DNA of 64,000 nucleotides, from contig NW_019217788.1 of the NCBI RefSeq assembly GCF_002571385.2, forward strand, positions 507,201-571,200, in the 5' to 3' direction. The first letter of the stretch is position 1, and each line of letters begins with the position of its first letter. The position numbers and the translations under genes were made by a program. The stretch comes from Stylophora pistillata. Taxonomy: Eukaryota. The notes beneath the pieces were generated by a model, which was not told the DNA's origin, searched no databases, and saw only the letters and a program-made list of their open reading frames with translations. Shown in pieces: positions 59,006 to 64,000 of this stretch.

Positions 59006-60339
59006 AGAGGCTGTGCACTATAAGGCACATGTGCGAAAGAAGGGGGTGAGCCTGGTACTCACGCATGCCACTTCCACGAAACGCATGAGAACGCGGCCAA
59101 AATGGAATCCCAGCTTCACTGGACCCAGGGCAATTGGGAAAAAGACGCGCAACTCCGGGAAATCCCGGGCGTCGGAGTGGCATGCGTGAGAGTGACAGGC
59201 TGTGCGAAAGAAGGGGGTGAGCCTGGTACTCACGCATGCCACTTCCACGAGACGCATGAGTACGCGGCCAAAATGGAATCTCAGCTTCACTGGACCCAGG
59301 GCAATTGGGCAAAAGACGCGCAACTCCGGGAATTCACGGGCGCCGGAGTTGCATGCGTGAGAGTGAGAGGCTGTCAGAAAGAAGGGGGTGAGGCTGGTAC
59401 TTACGCATGCCACTTCCACGAAACGCATGAGAACAAGGCCAAAATGGAATCCCAGCTTCACTGGACCCAGGGCAATTGGGAAAAAGACGCGCAACTCCGG
59501 GAAATCCCGGACGCCGGAGTGGCATGCGTGAGAGTGAGAGGCTGTGCGAAAGAAGGGGGTGAGCCTGGTACTCACGCATGCCACTTCCACGAAACGCATG
59601 AGGACGCGGCCCAAATGGAATCCCAGCTTCCCTAGACCCAGGGGAGTTGGGGAATAGACGCGCAACTCCGGGAAATCACGGGCGCCGGAGTGGCATGCGT
59701 GAGAGTGAGAGGCTGTGCGAAAGAAGGGGGTGAGCCTGGTACTCACGCATGCCACTTCCCCGAAACGCACGAGGACGCGGCCAAAATGGAATCCCAGCTT
59801 CACTTAACGCAGGGGAGTTGGGGAATAGACGCGCAACTCCGGGAAATCACAGACGCCGGAGTGACATGCGTGAGAGTGAGAGGCTGTGCGAAAGAAGGGG
59901 GTGAGCCTGGTACTCACGCATGCCACTTCCACGAAACGCATGAGGACGCGGCCAAAATGGAATTTCAGCTTCACTGGACCATGGGCAATTGAGAAAAAGA
60001 CAAGCAACTCCGGGAATTCACGGGCGCCGGAGCGGCATGCGTAAGAGTGAGAGGCTGTGCACTATGAGGCACATGTGCGAAAGAAGGAGGTGAGCCTGGT
60101 ACTCACGCATGCCACTTCCCCGAAACGAACGAGAACGCGGCCAAAATGGAATCCCAGCTTCACTAGACCCAGGGGAGTTGGGGAATAGACGCGCAACTCC
60201 GGGAAATCACGAGCGCCGGAGTGGCATGCGTGAATCAGGGACGCCGGAGTGGCATGCGTGAGAGTCAGTCGCACCTGGGTTAAGGCCCAATGTGCAAAGC
60301 AAGGGGTGAGGCTTGCACGCACGCATGCCACTTCTAGGA
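59006..60339. repeat. GC-rich satellite, subfamily B (171-bp monomer, ~7 copies) ending in a partial A-type monomer
   Basis: Anchor gtgcgaaagaagg (one variant copy) at 59031, 59202, 59373, 59544, 59715, 59886, then 60075 (one 189-bp unit). Switches back to A-type sequence at ~60233. Confidence 0.95.
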
Positions 60340-63300
60340 TCTGCCTTGCGCGAGCGATTGTGACAGCTGTTGCAAATATCAACAAGCATAAGTGGACAGC
60401 ATCACAGTTGAAACATGGCTTTAGCGACTCAAGAAAGCTACAGAGACATGAGGCAATCAAGCCTCATGAAGAGGCGGGTGTTGAGATGAATCAACACGGC
60501 TCAACGCTCGAAGATATAGCTAAATTCGCAGATCATCTCAAGGTTCACACTAATATCATTGATGGTGATCAGTTTAATGAGTTGATCTTCACTTCTGAAA
60601 ATGAGCGCCACAATGGCAGTGGCCAGCATATTTACCTTTACAAAAACAAAAATCACTTCGATGTAATCACCAGCATGCCAGCGTTTCTGGCGAAAAAATA
60701 TTACTGCCACACATGCAAGAAAGCTTACACACATCGCGACCTACACAATGTCCGGCAAAGTGCATCGCATGTTTCTAGTACTTTCCAGACGGCGAAAAGT
60801 GCTCCGGTGAAGAGATAAAGGGCGCTGATTGTAATAGATCGTTCTTCGGAAGAGAGTGTTTCGAAGAGCACAAACGTGAAAGATCTTCAGGGAAGGTATC
60901 AGATATTGTCTGCAAAAGAGTTGCGAAATGCCTTAAGCGTGAGCGAACGGTGACCAATGGTTTGGAAAACCATATCTGCGGATATTCAATGTGTAAGAAC
61001 TGCCACAAGTGCTGTGACATGAATAAACATCTCTGTTTCATGACACGTAAACAGTGTAAGGGTGGAAACTGTCTACAAGCTCCGCTGTGTAGTGAAAAGA
61101 AGCTGTGCTACCCTTGCAAGACGAGAAGTGAAGACTACATTATCTATGATTTTGAAGCGAACCAAGAGAGCAGTGTGCATGAGGTTAACTGGGTCGATTG
61201 TCAAGATTTTCACGGTAATATACACACATTTGAAACGGTTGACGAGTTCTACAAATTCGTTTTTAATGATGAGCACAAAGGATTTACATTTATCGCCCAC
61301 GATGCGAGAGGCTACGATGCTCAGTTTATCCGAAACTGGTGTATTGAAAACGGTGTGAAACCTTACGTTATTTACAATGGGATGAAGATTATGTATATGG
61401 AGGCATGTAGTATTAGATTCATCGACTCTTTAAACTTTGTGCATGACAGATTATCAGCGTTCCCTAAAACATTTGGCTTGACAGAGTTGAAAAAGGGGTA
61501 TTTCCCTCATTAAATTAACACAAGACGTAATGAGTATTAAGTCGGACCGATACCAGCTAAGAGATACTTTGGTGTAGACCAGATGAGGTCAAGCGTAAGA
61601 AAAGATTTTTTGAAATGGCATGCCGCAAGAGTTGAGGAGAATTATGTCTTTGATTTTAAGAAGGAGCTTCGCGAGTACTGCCGGAGTGATGTAGATATTC
61701 TCCGACGAAGCATGTTGCAGTTTCGAGAAGATTTTATAGAGCTAGAGAATATGGACCCTCTTCAGTACGTTACTATCGCCTCTGTGTGTATGACCATCTA
61801 CAGAAGTAACTACTTGCCTGAAGAGAAAATCGGCGTTGTGAGAGACGTATCACGTGGTGAAGCATACAGCAAGATGTCGATAGCATGGTTAGATTGGATA
61901 TCAAAGAGAGATGGTTTGTCGATAAAACACGGACTGAATGGCGGTGAAGCGCATATACCGGGTGTCGGAAAAGTCGACTGCTTCTGTGCGAATAGAGTTT
62001 ACGAGTTTCAAGGTTGTTTTTGGCACGGCTGCGCGAAGTGTTACTCTGGTGACACAATCAACAGTCAAAATCAGATCGATACGTTGACTCTGAGAAAAAG
62101 AACTGCTGAGAAAGGTGGGAAGATTAGAGCTGCAGGGTTCGACTTGGTCGAGGTTTGGGAGTGTGAGCTAGCGAAAGATAGAGATTTTGAAAAGTTTTAC
62201 AAGACATGGGATCGCGAGATAGTCGACCCTCTCAATCCGAGAGACGCATTCTTCGGTGGACGCACAAATGTAACGAAACAGACCTATGATTTCAAAGAGG
62301 GTGAGAAAGGGAAGTATGTCGACTTTGTCAGTCTATATCCGACGGTGCAATTCTTCAAAGACTATCCGACCGCTCACCCGACAAAGATACTTGACCCTCC
62401 TCAAGAGTATGATGAGAGCTGGTTCGGTTTTGTAAAGTGTAGTCTTACCTCCAAGAGGCCTTTATCACCCTGTATTACCGGTAAAAACGAAATGTGGTAA
62501 TGCGGAGAAGCTGTTGTTTCATCTTTGCAGGACGTGTGCAGAGGAGAGGACTCTGAAGTGTAAACATTCAAAAACAAAGAGCAGCATCTCTGCAGTGTGT
62601 GCGCTGAGAAGAGAGGGCAGAAGTGTAACCATTCAGATGGTGAACGATCGTTTGTTAGGACATGGTGCACAAATGAACTGAATTTAGCTATTGAGAAAGG
62701 CTACGAGATTAAGAAGATCTTTGAAGTGTGGGACTTCAAAGAGAGAAGCGCAGACCTTTTCAAAGGTTATGTCCGAAGATTTATGAAGATCAAGATGGAA
62801 TCAAGCAAGCTAGAGACTGGTGAGGGTTGTACGTATAAGAGTGTTGACGAGTACAAGTCAATCGTTAAATCGAAGCTTGGGATCGATCTTGGTAAGATCG
62901 AGTTCAATGCTGGAAAGAGAGCGATTGCGAAGATGTGTCTGAACAGTCTGTGGGGGAAGTTTGGACAGCGAAATAATATGAAGACTGTGTATGTCACTGA
63001 ACCTGTAGAATTCTACAGAATTCTACTCGATGATAGTGTCGATGATCTGAACATTCAGTTTATAAATGAAGACATGGTCGAGATGTATTACATCTCGAAA
63101 GATCAGTTCTTCGATAATAGTAGAGATACAAACATCTTTATTGCAGCGTTTACGACAAGCCATGCAAGGGTAATGATGTATAGAGATGTTTTAGAACCTC
63201 TTAGAGAGCAGGTTCTCGGTTTTGATACTGACAGCGTATGGTATGTTGAAAAGGATGGTGGGCAGAAGATAAAAACGGGAGATAGTCTTGGTGATGCGAC

Positions 63301-63634
63301 TGATGAGTTAGATGGGCACCACATTACAGATTGGTACGGATCCGGCCCAAAGTCATACAGCTACGCAACAAGTGATGGTAAAATGGTGTGTAGAGTCAAG
63401 GGCTTCACACTTAATCATGAGAACAGCCAATACGTCAATGAAAAGACAATGAAGCGGATCATTGAAGGACAAAAACGCCGAATTACTATTGTAAATGAAC
63501 AAGCGATAACTCTTGATCCGGCAACGAAACGGATAGTCAACCGATACCAAGAGAAAGACTTCCAACTGTGCTACGATAAGGGGGTAATGGTGAAGACCGA
63601 ATCCGGAATAGACACGTTACCTTATGGGTATTGA
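60340..63634 (+). pseudogene. Polinton/Maverick-type protein-primed DNA polymerase B (vOTU-like, Cys-rich, exonuclease, Vsr-like insert, polymerase), 5'-truncated and disrupted
   Basis: ICLARAIV...HFDVI; ExoI YDFEA; ExoII FIAHDARGYDAQFI; FIDSLNF; KGYFPH; ExoIII YCRSDVDIL; YEFQGCFWHGC...VWECE; FFGGRTN; motif A DFVSLYP; motif B KMCLNSLWGKFGQ; motif C FDTDS; GPKSYSY..VKGF; ends TLPYGY*. Lesions: frameshifts at ~60748, ~62447 and ~62575; stops at 60776, 61511 and 61538. Confidence 0.93.
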
Positions 63635-63640
63635 GTTAGG

Positions 63641-63780
63641 TTAAATATGAGGTGAGCTATACCCGCTATAGTACCAATATAAGCGAATATATTCGCTTAA
63701 ATATTGAGGTGAGCTATACCCACTATAGTACCAATATAAGCGAATATATATACCTAAATATGGTGTGGGCTATAGTGGGT
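63641..63780. repeat. ~57-bp tandem repeats with palindromes directly after the pPolB stop
   Basis: ttaaatat(t)gaggtgagctataccc(g/a)ctatagtaccaatataagcgaatatat x2.5. Palindrome gcgaatatattcgc. Inverted pair acccactatag / ctatagtgggt. Confidence 0.85.
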
Positions 63781-63801
63781 AACATATTCTACTTTCTACA
63801 T

Positions 63802-63906
63802 AACGCATGCCAACACGCTCACAATGGAATCCCAGGTTCACTAGTCCCAAGGGACCTCGGGAATAGACGCGCAACTCCGGGAAATCACGGGCGCCGGAGT
63901 GGCATG
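63802..63906. repeat. Satellite monomer resuming after the pPolB block
   Basis: aacgcatg...aatggaatcccaggttcactag...gggaatagacgcgcaactccgggaaatcacgggcgccggagtggcatg matches the 188/171-bp satellite. Confidence 0.9.
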
Positions 63907-64000
63907 GTGGTCAAAGTGCCAAAGTGGCTATAATGCCAAATCGGCCACTAGTGGCCAAACATGATGCTAAAACGGCCATTAGTTGCCAAAATGCCAAATC
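63907..64000. repeat. Start of a different short-period gccaaa/tggc minisatellite (runs off the window)
   Basis: Recurrent gccaaa, atgccaaa, tggcca and ggcca units. Confidence 0.6.

Noticed and set aside
59031-59886. Homology to primate alpha satellite because of the 171-bp period
   Set aside because: Length match only. The sequence is GC-rich and derives from a 188/189-bp unit.
57880-60339. CRISPR-like array
   Set aside because: Whole monomers repeat with no unique spacers, there are no cas genes, and the context is eukaryotic.
57749-60460. Long repetitive ORFs on both strands (for example 59018-59803, 261 aa)
   Set aside because: By-products of a GC-rich satellite. The 171-bp unit is a multiple of three, so frames stay open; no domain signature.
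60340-63801. Intact Polinton, bacterial contamination or mitochondrial-plasmid polymerase
   Set aside because: Multiple stops and frameshifts, no TIR, integrase or capsid, flanked by host satellite, and motifs are of the animal Polinton type.

Overview
Eukaryotic, AT-rich, intron-containing DNA. The gene content and repeat families suggest an anthozoan, probably a stony coral (inference). The left 43 kb is gene-rich, all on the + strand: two tandem Erg/KCNH potassium-channel paralogues (copy 1 has an in-frame TAG at a conserved C-linker Tyr; copy 2 has no PAS domain and a divergent C-linker), N4BP2, a divergent three-exon FGF, an EF-hand ORF and UBE2K. Introns and intergenic DNA hold several MITE-like elements and two palindromic insertions with 13-bp target-site duplications, one built around a tRNA-Thr-like cloverleaf. 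Right of an assembly gap (44448-44891) I recognise no host genes. That part holds decayed LINEs, a Polinton/Maverick pPolB remnant split by nested transposons, and a GC-rich 188/171-bp satellite array. A second, different 3.46-kb pPolB fragment sits inside one satellite monomer in exact register. All exon coordinates were read by eye from GT/AG sites and protein motifs; no database searches were run.
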